From the human T2T-CHM13v2.0 reference genome, Homo sapiens: a stretch of DNA of 64,000 nucleotides. Below the pieces are notes generated by a model. The model was not told the origin of the DNA. It saw only the letters and a list, made by a program, of their open reading frames with translations, and searched no databases. Shown one piece after another: positions 13,200-27,912 of the stretch. How positions within the stretch are numbered: the first letter of the stretch is position 1; every line of letters begins with the position of its first letter. Both the position numbers and the translations under genes were made by a program. The stretch lies in the NCBI RefSeq assembly GCF_009914755.1, contig NC_060935.1. One strand, given 5' to 3'.

Positions 13200-15680
13200 T
13201 GTTTTGAGCCTATCCTTATTGATGATTATTTACCTCATCTACTTCATCAATGTTTCTCATCCTCACCATTTTGTAATTTCCTCCATACCCAGCTTACATT
13301 CCATGACCCAGCATTGTGATCACTCCCTCTCATATATGCTCAACCTCCTTGCCCTTCTTCTGTCCCATCATACTTGCCTCTCATAATCACAAAACTGGTT
13401 CCATCCATCTGTCAATCTATTCTGCATATATCCCTGCACAAATGAACAGGGCTAGAAAAGATCACATATCTCACTTTTTGTTATTATATCAATTTTATAT
13501 ATAAATTGAGATACAACTGTAAATTTATGATTATGTAACCTCAAGTGGACCATTACTTGTAGCTTAAGAAAATGTTAGAGTTCCATACTCCATTGATTCT
13601 CCCATGTTATTCTATGACTGTTTACTATCCTCCCTCTCTTCTCAATGCTCCATTGTCCTAATTCTCAGCTAGTGATGTTGCTTCCTGTTTCCCTGAGAAA
13701 ATGAAAGCAATTTACAAAAGAGGTTGCACACATTTCCATGATAGCATCTGCCCACATACCTGCACCTGTGCCAGAAACACTACTCTACCTCCTCTTCTCT
13801 TAAATAAATAAAATGCCTGTGTTTCTACCCAAGTCTAACCTCTTGGCCCATATACAAGGTTTCAAACTAGGGCATTACTGTAGCAATTCTTCCTCTCTCT
13901 TTTGCCTTTTCAATTTTCCTCCTACTGATCATTTCTTTCATCAATACAAACATTCTGTAATTTAAAAGAAACCCCAAAATACAAACCTCTCTTGAGCCCA
14001 CATTTTCCTTCATTCACTACCCTGTTAGTATGTTTACTCTTGTAACAAAATGATCTGATTTCTTTTTACTTTTTTTTTGGACTCACACTGAACCAGGTTT
14101 TCATACATAGTACTCTCGTCCAATTTAGTTCCTGTCAATGTCTACAATGACTTCACATTTATAAATACAAAGGTCAATCCTCAGCCCTCTTCTTGTTTAA
14201 CTTAAGTTTTAGCACAGTTGAGGACTCTCTCCTTTTGGAAGCACTTTGATTAAGTGGATTCTAGGATAGCATATTTTCATGGTTTTATTCCCATTTTATG
14301 GCAGCTCCTCAGTCTCTTGCTCATTGCTTTTCATCTGATTCTGAAATGTTAGAGTGCCCTCAGATCAATTCTACCTATACTCATTCCTTTGGTAGACTTC
14401 TATAGTTAAAACTATATGGATTTAAACCATATGGCTAAATAACTTGGACTTATAACAAGCTTTACAAAGTTAACATGCCCAAATACAGTCTGATATTTTA
14501 TTTTTTTCACCAAAAGCTGCTACTTCAAGACTCTATGTATGTTCCATCTTCCAACTGTTCAGGTCTCAATATCCTAAACTCATAGATATCTCTCTTTATT
14601 TCTCCCCCAACAATCAATCCATCAGCAGATGCCGATGGCTCTAGCATCAAGCTACAATGAAACCTGATCTAATAGGATAAGATGTATCCCAAAGTATAAA
14701 ATGGGAGTACCTATTATTGTGAAGCTAATGACAATAATGTGTTTTAGTCACCCTCTATTGCCAGAAGAAGCCCAAAGTAAAGGAAGTGAAACTTGCATAG
14801 TCCTGAATTTACCTTGGACCACAAAAGTCACAAATGATCAGGAGGTTGTTGCTTTCTCAGCTCACATCCTTCCTCCTAGCCCCAAGTTTGCCACTTTTGA
14901 ATTCTAATAATTATGCTCCTGGGGTTTTACTGATACACCCAGAATCTGCCTGCTTTTTGCCTTCCCACTACCACCACCTAAGTTCAAGCCACAAAATCTC
15001 TCACAATCTCTCCGCCACCTATCTCCCAAATTCCACTCTTGTCCCTCCTCCTCTATTCTCAACAGAGTAGACAGAATCATCCTTTTAACTTCAAGTAACT
15101 CAGGTACTCTTTTCTCAAAACCTTCTCACTCTGAAAAAAGGCCAAGTCCTTGATTTAGACTATATAAAACTGTGTTCTGAATAACGGATGGCACAGCAAC
15201 CCCACCCTGACCCTCAGTTCCTTCACCACTGTTATTTGTTCTCACTCCACTCTAGCAATATCCTAGCTCCCATGTATTTCTCACACCTTATAAGGGCTCT
15301 TTATCTTTACTAGTCCCTTGACATAGCATGATCTTTCCCCCAAATATGCACACAACTGGTTCCTTCAACCTCCTTTAGGTTTTTGCTTAAATGTCGCCTT
15401 TTCAGTGCAGCTTTCTCTAACCACCCTCTTTAAAATTACAGTCAGCTGACCACTAGTCTCTATTGCCCTCCCTTACTTTGCCTTACTCCAAAGAACACTG
15501 TATCATCTAGTAAGGTTTATATTTTAGTTATTTATTTCCCTCTTCCCCATTAAAAGGTAAGCTCAATGAAGTGAGCAATATTTATTAATTTTGTCCACTT
15601 CTTTATTCCTAGTATGTAAAAACAGTTTCTGGCACATAATATTAGAAGCTCAAGAAACTTTGATCAGTGCATAAATTTAA
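13200..15680 (+). mobile_element. L2 (L2a-like) long fragment(s)
   Basis: Pyrimidine-rich L2 body (CAATGACTTCACATTTATAAATACAAAGGTCAATCCTCAGCCCTC) ending in the L2 3' terminus (GTAAGCTCAATGAAG...AACAGTTTCTGGCACATA); approximate. Confidence 0.75.
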
Positions 15681-15689
15681 TTGACCTGC

Positions 15690-17400
15690 TATATAGTACC
15701 CCATGATACAACTATGTCCCAATATATTTATATATTTTCTTTTCTTGGACTATATCTAAGCTGTCACGTTTTTTTCTATGATTAACAATGGAAATGCATG
15801 TACTCCTCCTTGTATCATAGTGCCCGTGTATGAGAATTGCAGTAGAGCATATACCAACGACTGAGACATCTGGGTATTAGAGCAAGTATATTGTTAGCTT
15901 TACTAGACATATATCCTGAAATCATTTCAACAAAAACTCTTTACTTGTTTCCACCAATTTCCATGCATCCCTGCTGCGTATGAATATTTTGATTTCCTTG
16001 CCAACACTGGGTTGCTATCTCTTAAAATGATTGCAGGCATTATGACTATGAAATGATCTCATTTCTTTAATTTACATTTTTCTAATTATCCAGTGTAGTT
16101 GATCGTTTTCATATTTTTTAGGGCATTCAAATTGCCTGTTTTATGTATTCTATGTTCACATCCTTGGTCCTCATTTTCATTAAGCTGTGACTTTTTTACA
16201 TTTTATTTTTATAGGATTTGAAAAATATAGATTGCAAATGCAAGTATGCAGGTAGTTCTTTTTTCTTTTAATATTTTTAATTTTTTTGTTTTGTTTTAAA
16301 TATTATACTTTGAAGTATTCTAAATTTTTGGTCATATTCTTCGTGATTTATATTTATCAAGAGGCTTGTTTAACTCCTCACTTCTCACATACCCTAAATC
16401 ATTACTTGTATTTTTATATGAAAATATTACAATTTTTATGAAAAGAGAAACAAATTTATGAAGTAAAAAACAAATGTTTTCAACGTAATCTATGTAATAA
16501 TTCAGCGTTTTGCTGTTGACTTGTAATGCACCCTAGAACACTTATCAAGCTTCTGCATGCCATGGGTCTGCTGCTGAACTTTCCAGTCTTGGTCTATGTT
16601 TCTCTGTCTGTGCCAATGCCTATTTTGTTTATATTACTACTGCTTCATCATCATAATTGACACCTGGTGAAGTAATGTCAAAATATCTGCAATTTGAGGA
16701 CACACACTTTTTCATATACATTTTAGTGATTTGTTAGAAAGTTACGTAAACGTCCTGCTGAAATTTTTCATCAGATTTGATTAAATCAAATTAGATTTTG
16801 ATTATCTGCATGCCCTTATGATTTTGATTTCTTCAACAGTTATTATATGCCCTTCTACTCATTCCAGTCTTCTTTTATGATTTTTAATACATTTAAATAA
16901 TTTCTCCATATATGTCTTGCACATCTTTTATTAATTTTTTGTACTTTATAGTCAATGAGTTTTGTAAATACAATTCTAATTTCTTATATCTAATATATAG
17001 GATGACTATTTTTTTAATGTAGTCTTATTTCAGCAATCTTGAACTCTCTTCTTTTATATTTTTTAGATATTGTTATATCCCCCTTGCATCCACTACTATT
17101 GATAAAATTGTATTGTCTGATGATAACACTTTTTTCTTTTCTATCCAATTTCCTCATTTCTTGTTCTTGACTAATTTTGTTATATCATTCTTATATGCCT
17201 AGAATAACATTTTCAATATCATGCTTTTTAAATGCTGTTACATTCCTTTTATTATCTTTTATTGTTTTAAAAACTATGTTTATTTAATGAAAACAGACTA
17301 AAATTTTATTTTTGTTTCAGGAAGTTGCATAGTGTCTTTGCCCAAACTTACCTCTGCCATATTACTTTAAATTTAGATTCGTGTTTTTAAAGTGAGAGTG
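15690..17400 (-). mobile_element. Old L1M antisense fragments
   Basis: T-rich antisense L1 ORF2/3' motifs (TTTCTCTGTCTGTGCCAATGCC...TTACTACTGCTTC); approximate. Confidence 0.55.
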
Positions 17401-17789
17401 TGTGTGTCTGTATTCAAACACGAACTAGTCGATCTTTCATTTCTTCTATGGCAGACAATTAATTGGCACTCAATATCCATTCTCCCTTCTTTATACTAAT
17501 AATATATATGTGTCTATTACCATAAAATATTATATATGTGTATGAATATATATAACATATACATATTAAAATGTTTATACACAAAAACACACATAAATAT
17601 ATATACTGAGGTATCTAGAATAAACAATACATGTTTTTTCAGATTCTCTTGTAGATAAGTGCGCACAATTGACTAAATTTTGGCCAAATGAAAGTGGAAG
17701 TGATGTGTGCAACTCCTAGGAAGTTTAAGTATGTGTCTTACCTTACCTTCCTTTCTTATCCTTGTGGACTTTAACAGTCATTATATCTG

Positions 17790-18400
17790 TTTGTTCTCTA
17801 ATTACTTAGAGAGCAGTGTTGTAATTCCTAACTTATTGGATTTGCTCATTTCCCCCTTAAGTACCATCAATTTCTGGGTTATATACATAAAGCTTTGCTA
17901 TAGATACATACACATTTTAGAATTATTATGATGTGATGAGTTGACATTTAACATTAAGCAGTTAAGTGAAAGTTGCAAGCTGATACAATATAATGACATT
18001 TAGCATCATGAAACAACCCTCTTTATCTCTGGTAATAGTCCTTGTATTGAGATCTATTTGGTCTTCTATTAACATAGTTATATTTACCTTCATATGCTCA
18101 GTATTCGCAAGGTATATAGTTTTCCATCTTTTTATTGTCCTTTGGGTGTCTTTATATATAAAAGCCATTTCATGTGAACAGTACATATTTGGCTCTTTTA
18201 TAGATTTTTTTAGATTTTTACATGCAGTATGAGCCTACCATCCTATTTAATTATTGATTTGTTTGAGTTTTATTCTATAATATGTCTACTTGTCCCCTAT
18301 TTTCTTTGTTCTTTTATTTCTCCTTTCCTGTGTTCTTCAGGTTTATAAATTATTTTTTAGGATTTCATTTATTTTTTGGTCTTCTCTTTGGTTTTTAGCA
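17790..18400 (-). mobile_element. Old L1 ORF2 endonuclease N-terminal remnant
   Basis: ORF 17962-18186(-) KRWKTIYLANTEHMKVNITMLIEDQIDLNTRTITRDKEGCFMM aligns to L1 ORF2p EN (KGWRKIYQANGKQKKAGVAILVSDKTDFKPTKIKRDKEGHYIM). Confidence 0.85.
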
Positions 18401-18420
18401 CACATTTCCTCTCTTTACCC

Positions 18421-18469
18421 TGTGTGTGTGTGTGTGTGTGTGTGTGCACGCGCACACACACGTGTGTGT
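18421..18469. repeat. (TG)n/(CA)n alternating purine-pyrimidine tract
   Basis: Directly visible. Confidence 0.9.
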
Positions 18470-18774
18470 TGGTGGTATGGTCCATTTCTCAGTTAGATTG
18501 AGTCAGGGTGCTCTCCTTGGCAGCATTTTCTCTAGTGGTACCCAGGAATATGGGTTCCTTCTGTCTTGTAACATTGCCATTTTTAACACAAGATCATACA
18601 GGACATTTTATGGCCTGGCTTGGAGTTGGCAAACTCCTTCCCCATATTTCATTTCCAAAGTCATATGTCCCAATATAACTAAGCAGGAGGCTAAGAAACG
18701 CTGAGTGAAATTTAGATAAGGTAGGAAAGAAAGAAAAAACTAAAGAAAGAACAAAATAATGAAAGAATAAAAGA

Positions 18775-18806
18775 GGAAGGAAGGAAGGAAGGAAGGAAGG
18801 AAGGAA
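18775..18806 (+). repeat. (GGAA)8 microsatellite
   Basis: Eight perfect GGAA units. Confidence 0.95.
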
Positions 18807-18999
18807 AGAAAGAAAATATCCCAGGTAAAGAAAACAGCATGAGCAATAAACAGTAGATAATAATGTGGTATTGGCTGAGCATATAGATTATTAGTGGCAA
18901 CTAATGTTGAGTTGATAGGGTATAGCCAGATTATAAAGGTTTTCAAATTCAGTCAGAAACACTGGAACTTAGCTATGCCTTTGGGAATCAGGTAGATTA

Positions 19000-19410
19000 C
19001 ATAGTTCACAGCTATCTACTCCCTTACCTGTTAACAAAATCATCTGCGCACCCTGTCACAAGTGACTTGCCATGCCTTCCAGCAAGTAAAGCATACTTCC
19101 CTGACCCCTGTATGCCATGACCATGTGATTTTCATTGGTCAATGTAATCTGAGGATTTTTTACATTTGATCTTAAATTTGATTGTATGGCTGTGTTAGGC
19201 CTCTTGAGCCTCTAACATCTGTCATGAGTAAATCACTCTCCCATTAGACTCTCTTCCTTATTCTGGGTCCTAGAATAAGAATCCACTGGCAGAAGGTCAC
19301 CACAATCCAGGGCAGAGTTGCAGCCAGTCTTTAAAGCGCATGCAATGAGGGTGATACAAAAGTGCTAACGTTTTGGGCAGAAGCTTATTGGTATAGTAAA
19401 TACAAAATAT
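19000..19410 (+). mobile_element. Old MaLR LTR (MLT1H/I/J-like)
   Basis: CATACTTCCCTGACCCC...GACCATGTGATTTTCATTGGTCAATG and TTCTGGGTCCTAGAATAAGA motifs; approximate. Confidence 0.5.
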
Positions 19411-21399
19411 AGTTTCTAACGTAGGACAGGGGAGATAGATAGCAGAACATAACTAGCAGTGGCATAGTATTGTAGATTAGTATATGGGCTTCAGAAATAG
19501 ATAGATGTTAATACTACCATTCTATTCTCCCACCTGCCATTTAGCTAACCACAGCCTTAGGTTTTGTATGTCTAAAATTGGCATAATAATCCATATTCCA
19601 TAGGGTTTTAGTGAAATATAAAATAAATGTATGCATGGTTCTTAGTACTTAAAATGTGTATAAAAGTTGCTGCTGCTAATATATAAAAATTACAGATATA
19701 TATTAAGCCAGGTTCCTGATCCATGCCATATGCTTGAGACTGAAATGTGGCCTGATAGAAAGCTTGCAAGTATGCCCATCCTAAAGATGGGGTTTACATT
19801 GGTAACGCTTTGCCACTCTGGCTTCCTTTTGCAAATTGTTTAAGTCTTAGTTTCCTTGCCTCCAAAATGGAAGAAAATCATACCTACTTCTCATAGCTAT
19901 AAGACATAATGTGAATCACGTGCCCAAAAATCCTATTTAATTCAGGGCAAAGAATGTAGTAGATGCTCCAAAGTGCATTTGCCCCTATGAAGAAAGTCAC
20001 AGGGGAACAAAGTATAGAAATTAAAACACCGGATGAGAGTCATTTAATCACCTTGGGATGCAGAGATCTCAACTGGAAAACTGTGATGCTACTTCAAAAG
20101 TATTTTATGAGTTGACTAATTTATGATCAGGAGGCACTATAAAACACCAGGCATTCAGCTTCATAATAGCATATTAATAGCAATAAAAACTAGCATGCTA
20201 TGCAAATTCTAAGTCTAAAACACATTCTGTATAAACTCCCTTGGCAGATGCGTTCGGCCATCATAGAATCGTTCATTTTCCATCTTAAGATGCAGTTCAG
20301 TGTCACTCTGGCTTATCATGTAACTATTTTATTCTCCATCAGGGGAGAACACTTGAGTTAAATGAAATGATCCCTCTGTGAGGTTACTGTATGTTTCTTA
20401 GTTAAACTGGTAGGCATGGAAAGGTTTAATTAACAACTTCAAAGCACTTTGAAGATCTTCAGATAGACATTTATAGGAATATTAACTTGTACTATGATGT
20501 TTGAAATTTAATATTTACTTATTAACGGTATAAGAACCTTCCCTTTTTGAGAATTTCTGCTTTTAGTCACCTAGAGAGGAAAGTGAAGATGGGTATCTCT
20601 GAAGGAAAAAAATATTCTAACGTCATCATGTCCTGTTTGATTATTTTAATGTGTATATGTTTTTATACAGATAAGACATAAACATGTTACAATAAACAAA
20701 AGATACATGAGATTATTAAAAGGTAAAGAGAAATGTGAAATAATATACATCTGTTTGTTAATAAAAAGTGCAAAGGCTGAAAGTTTTGTGGACAGAGAGA
20801 GTAACGGTGTGAAAAGAAAGAGACAACCAACATTGAAATAAAAACTGCATTAAAAAAAACTCTGAATGTGGGATATGATAGTTGCTATATAAAATTAAAT
20901 ATATACTTACCTATTAATAGAAACAAATTAGAAAAAGTTTTATATCTATTGATTTGTACAGAACATATATCACTCAAAAAATATGAAACCAAATCAAATG
21001 TATATAGTATGATTTCACTTAGGTGTAAACAAAAGAAATAACAATAATATCTTATCTATATGAGTATATATACTGGCATACATCTGTATGAATGAGGGAA
21101 AGTATGCATACCAACCTTTGAAAAGTGGCTTGGGTAGATGAGGGTGTGTAAAGATAGAGGGCAAATAGGAGATAACCAGCCTTTTTCATTGTTTCGTTGT
21201 GCTGCTTTGTTTGTCGCAAGTAGGTGCAGATTGAATTTGTGGTATGTAAAATACCAAATGATAAAACATTTAAAGCATTCCAGTATTTGCCTTCTTAATA
21301 AAGCCTTCTCTTCATCAATGAGCGCTCTTCAACAACTACCCTATTCTTTAATCTTCTGCACAACCAAGATTTTCAAACAATGTTTCTGTATGTGCTGCT

Positions 21400-23120
<1,721 letters not shown>

Positions 23121-23208
23121 TCTCTGCCAGCCACAATCACCTCACAGATAAAATTGTCTACCAGAATATCTCAGAACACCGAAGCAGTATTCTCTTAGAA
23201 CTTTGCTT

Positions 23209-23321
23209 TCCCTGGCTGACTCTCTTTTTGGACTTAGCCCGCCTGCACCCAGGTGAAATAAACAGCCTTGTTGCTCACACAAAGCCTGCTTGGTGGTCTC
23301 TTCACACGGACTCGCATGAAA
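23209..23321 (+). repeat. 5' LTR7 remnant: R-U5 only
   Basis: GCTGACTCTCTTTT...CCCAGGTGAAATAAACAGCC...GGTGGTCTCTTCACACGGACTCGCATGAAA; upstream sequence has no match to the U3 at 27913-28214. Confidence 0.93.
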
Positions 23322-23323
23322 TT

Positions 23324-23341
23324 TGGTGCCGTGACTCGGAT
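23324..23341 (+). other. Primer-binding site complementary to the tRNA-His 3' end
   Basis: TGGTGCCGTGACTCGGAT, 18 nt, immediately after U5. Confidence 0.95.
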
Positions 23342-23872
23342 CGGGGGACCTCCCTTGGGAGATCAATCCCCTGTCCTCCTGCTCTTTGCTCCATGAGAAA
23401 GATCAACCTACGACCTCAGGTCCTCAGACCAACCAGCCCAAGGAACATCTCACCAATTTCAAATCCAGTAAGCGACCTCTTTTTACTCTCTTCTCCAGCC
23501 TCCCTCACTATCCCTCAACCTCTTTCTCCTTTCAATCTTGGCACCACACTTCAATCTCTCCCTTCTCTTAATTTCGATTCCTTTCATTTTCTGGTAGAGA
23601 CAAAGGAGACACATTTTATCCGTAGACCCAAAACTCTGGTGCTGGTCACGGACTCTGGAAGGCGGCCTTCCCTTGGTGTTTAATCATTGTGGGGACGCCT
23701 CTCTGATTATTAACCCACGTTCCATTGGTGTCTGATCTTCGTGGGGATGCCTGTCTTGATCATTCACCCACGTTCCCTTGGTGGCAAGTCAATTGCGGGG
23801 ATGCCTGCTTTGGCTGTTCCCCACCCCCTTCTCCGTGTCTCTACCCTTCTCTTCAAACTTGTCCCCTTCCCT

Positions 23873-25105
23873 ATAGGCAACCTTCCACCCTCCATTCCTC
23901 CTTCTTCTCCCTTAGCCTGTGTTCTTAAGAACTTAAAACCTCTTCAACTCTCGCCTGACCTAAAATCTAAGAGTCTTATTTTCTTCTGCAACACTGCTTG
24001 GCCCCAATACAAACTTGACAATGGCTCTAAATGGCCAGAAAACGGCACTTTCGATTTCTCCATCCTACAAGACCTAAATAATTTTTGTCGAAAAACGGGC
24101 AAATGGTCTGAGATGCCTGACATCCAGGCATTCTTTTATACATTGTTCCATTCCCTAGTCTCTGTTCCCAATGCGAATCATCCCAAATCCTCCTTCTTTC
24201 CCTCCCGCCTGTTCCCTCAGTCCCAACCCTAAGCATCACTGAGTCTTTCTAATCTTCCTTTTCTACAGACCCATCTGACCTCTCCCCTCCTCCCCAGGCT
24301 GCTCCTCGCCAGGCCAAGCTAGGTCCCAATTCTTCCTCAGCCTCCGCTCCTCCAACCTATAATCTTTTTATCACCTCCCCTCCTCACACCCCGTCTGGCT
24401 TACAGTTTCATTCTGCGACTAGCCCTCCCCCACCTGCCCAGCAATTTCCTCTTAAAAAGGTGGCTGGAGCTAAAGGCATAGTCAAGGTTAATGCTCCTTT
24501 TTCTTTATCCGACCTCTCCCAAATCAGTTAACGTTTAGGCTCTTTTTCATTAAATATGAAAAACCCAGCCCAGTTCATGGTTCGTTTGGCAGCAACCTGA
24601 GACGCTTTACAGCCCTAGACCCTAAAAGGTCAAAAGGCCGTCTTATTCTCAATCTACATTTTATTACCCAATCCGCTCCCAACTTTAAATAAAGCTCCAA
24701 AAATTAAATTCCAGCCCTCAAACCCCACAACAGGACTTAATTAACCTTGCCTTCAAGGTGTACAATAATAGAAAAACTTGCAATTCCTTGCCTCCACTGT
24801 GAGACAAACCCCAGCCACATCCCCAGCACACAAGAACTTCCAAACGCCTGAACCGCAGTGGCCAGGCGTTCCTCCAGAACCTCATCATCCAGGAGCTTGC
24901 TACAAGTGCCGGAAATCTGGCCACCAGGCCAAGGAATGCCCGCAGCCCGGGATTCCTCCTAAGCCACATCCCATCTGTGCAGGACCCCACTGAAAATCAG
25001 ACTGTTCAACTCACCTGGCAGCCACTCCCAGAGCCCCTGGAACGCTGGCCCAAGGCTGTCTTGACTGACTCCCTCCCAGATCTCGGCTTAGCAGCTGAAG
25101 ACTGA
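23873..25105 (+). pseudogene. gag: HERV-H gag (disrupted)
   Basis: Start decayed to ATA-GGC-AAC ([M]GNLPPS); matrix motif LIFFCNTAWPQYKLDNGSKWPENGTFDF; CCHC knuckle CYKCRKSGHQAKEC at 24898-24939; second knuckle broken by a stop; frameshifts. Confidence 0.9.
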
Positions 25106-25440
25106 TGCTGCCCGATCGCCTCGGAAGCCTACAGGACCATCACAGACACTTTAGGTAACTCTCACAGTGGAGGGTAAGTCCGTCCCCTTCTTAATCAATA
25201 TGGAGGCTACCCACTCCACATTACCTTCTTTTCAAGGGCCTGTTTCCCTTGCCTCCATAACTGTTGTGGGTACTGACGGCCAGGCTTCTAAACCCCTTAA
25301 AACTCCCCAACTATGGTGGCAACTTAGACAATACTCTATTAAGCACTCCTTTTTAGTTATCCCCACCTGCCCAGTTCCCTTATTAGGCTGAGACACTTTA
25401 ACTAAATTATCTGCTTCCCTGACTATTCCTGGGCTACAGC
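25106..25440 (+). pseudogene. pro: HERV-H protease (inactive)
   Basis: VEGKSVPFLINMEATHSTL (catalytic DTG replaced by NME) ... FLVIPTCPVPLLG*D. Confidence 0.85.
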
Positions 25441-25547
25441 CACACCTCATTGCCGCCTTTTCCCCCAGTGCAAAGCCTCCTTCACATCCTCCCCTTGTAT
25501 CTCCCAACCTTAACCCACAAGTATAGGACACCTCTACTCCCTCCTTA

Positions 25548-27330
25548 GTGACCGATCATGCACCCCTTACCATCCCATTAAAACCTAATCACCCTTACCC
25601 CGATCAATGCCAATATCCCATCCCACGGCAGGCTTTAAAAGGATTAAAGTCTGTTATCACTTGCCTGCTGCAGCATGGCTTTTTAAAGCCTGTAAACTCC
25701 CCTTACAATTCCCCCATTTTACCTGTCCTAAAACCAGACAAGCCTTACAGGTTAGTGCAGGATCTGCACCTTATCAACCAAATTGTTTTGCCTATCCACC
25801 CCATGGTGCCAAACCCATATACTTTTCTATCCTCAGTACCTCCCTCCACAACCCATTATTCTGTTCTGGATCTCAAACATGCTTTCTTTACTATTCCTTT
25901 GCACCCTTCATCCCAGCCTCTCTTTGCTTTCACTTGGACTGACCCGGACACCCATCAGGCTAAGCAAACTAACTAAGCTGTACTGCCACAAGGCTTCACA
26001 GACAGCCCTCATTACTTCAGTCAAGCCCAAATTTCTTCCCCATCTGTTACCTATCTTGTCATAATTCTCATAAAAACACACATGCTCTCTCTGCTGATCA
26101 TGTCCGGCTAATCTCCCAAACCCCAATCCCTTCTACAAAACAACTCCTTTCCTTCCTAGGCATGGTTAGTAAGGTCAAAATTCTTACACAAGGGCCAGGA
26201 CCGCGTCCTGTAGCCTTTCTGTGCAAACAAGTTGACCTTACTGTTTTAGCCTAGCCCTCATGTCTGCGTGCAGCGGCTGCTGCTGCTTTAATACTTTTAG
26301 AGGCCCCAAAAAGTCACAAACTGTGCTCAACTCACTCTCTTCAGTTCTCATAACTTCCAAAATCTATTTTCTTTCTCCCACCTGACGCATATACTTTCTG
26401 CTCCCCGGCTCCTTCAGCTGTACTCACTCTTTGTTGAGTCTCCCATAATTACCATTGCTCCTGGACCAGACTTCAATCCGGCCTCCCACAGTATTCCTGA
26501 TACCACACCTGACCCCTATGACTGTATCTCTCTGATCCACCTGACATTCACCCCATTTCCCCATATTTCCTTCTTTCCTGTTCCTCACCCTGAACACACT
26601 TGATAGTAGTTCCACCAGACCTAATCGCCACACACCAGCAAAGGCAGGCTATGCTATAGTACAAGCCACAAGCCCACCTCTTAGAACCTCTCATTTCCTT
26701 TCCATCCTGGAAATCTGTCCTCAAGGAAATCACTTCTCAGTGTTCCATCTGCTATTCTACTACTCCTCAGGTATTATTCAGGCCCCCTCGCTTCCCTACA
26801 CATCAAGCTCAGGGATTTGCCCCTGCCCAGGACTGGCGAATTGACTTTACTCACATGCCCTGAGTCAGAAAACTAAAATATCTCTTAGTCTGAGTAGACA
26901 CTTTCACTGGATGGGTAGAGGCCTTTCCCACAGGGTCTGAGAAGGCCACTGCGGTCATTTCTTCCCTTCTGTCAGACATAATTCCTCGGTTTGGCCTTCC
27001 CACCTCTATACAGTCTGATAATGGACCAGCCTTTACTAGTCAAATCAGCCATGCATTTTTTCAGGCTCTTGGTATTCAGTGAAACCTTTATATCCCTAAC
27101 GGTCCTCAGTCTTCAGGAAAGGTAGAACGGACTAATGGTCTTTTAAAAACACACCTCACCAAGCTCAGCCACCAACTTAAAAAGGACTGGACAATATTTT
27201 TACCACTTTCCCTTCTCAGAATTCAGGCCTGTCCTCGGAATGCTATAGGGTACAGCCCATTTGAGCTCCTGTATAGATGCTCCTTTTTATTAGGCCCCAG
27301 TCTCATTCCAGACACCAGACCAACTTGGAC
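25548..27330 (+). pseudogene. pol: HERV-H pol (deleted RT/RNase H, integrase with stops)
   Basis: RT motifs YRLVQDL, YSVLDLKHAFF and LPQGFTDSPHYF join directly to AQISSPSVTYL, so YxDD is deleted; integrase CSIC (26741) and in-frame D(26843), D(27017), X35, E(27125) with several in-frame TGA. Confidence 0.9.
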
Positions 27331-27898
27331 TGTGCCCCAAAAAACTTGTCATCCCTACTATCTTCTGTCTAGTCACACTCCTATTCGCCGTTCTCAACTA
27401 CTCATACATGCCCTGCTCTTGTTTACACTGCTGGTTTTCAGTTTCTCCAAGCCATCACAGCTGATATCTCCTGGTGCTATCCCCAAACTGCCACTCTTAA
27501 CTCTTGAAGTAAATAAATAATCTTTGCTGGCAGGACTACGCTGAATCTCCTTAGGCACTCTCTAATTAGATGTCCTGGGTCCTCCCAATTCTTAGACCTT
27601 TAATACCTGTTTTTCTCCTTCTCTTATTCCGTTTAGTTTTCCAATTCATACAAAACCGTATCCAGGCCATCACCAATAATTCTAAATGACAAATGTTTCT
27701 TCTAACAACCCCGCAATATCACCCCTTACCACAAAATTTTCCTTCAGCTTAATCTCTCCCACTCCAGGTTCGATGCCACCCCTAATCCTGCTCGAAGCAG
27801 CCCTGAGAAACATCGCCCATTTTCTCTCCATACCACCCCCAAAAATTTTCGCCGTTCCAACACTTTACCACTATTTCGTTTTATTTTTCTTATTAATA

Positions 27899-27912
27899 TA
27901 AGAAGACAGGAA
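27899..27912 (+). other. Polypurine tract
   Basis: AAGAAGACAGGAA directly before the 3' LTR. Confidence 0.8.

Noticed and set aside
23324-23341. tRNA-His sequence match
   Set aside because: Only the 18-nt complement (PBS); not a tRNA gene
23228-23683. 151-aa ORF at the HERV-H 5' end
   Set aside because: Spans R-U5, PBS and leader, starts at TTG, and has no recognisable domain; C-rich HERV-H sequence is naturally poor in stops
23690-23820. Three imperfect GGGGA(C/T)GCCT repeats
   Set aside because: Ordinary part of the HERV-H leader region
25548-25976. RT ORF as an active enzyme or retron/DGR-like system
   Set aside because: Gammaretrovirus-like RT fragment with a stop before LPQG and the YxDD region deleted; eukaryotic ERV context
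27330-27900. Possible env gene
   Set aside because: Only ~570 bp with short ORFs; no furin site, immunosuppressive domain or CX6CC motif seen, consistent with the common env-deleted HERV-H form
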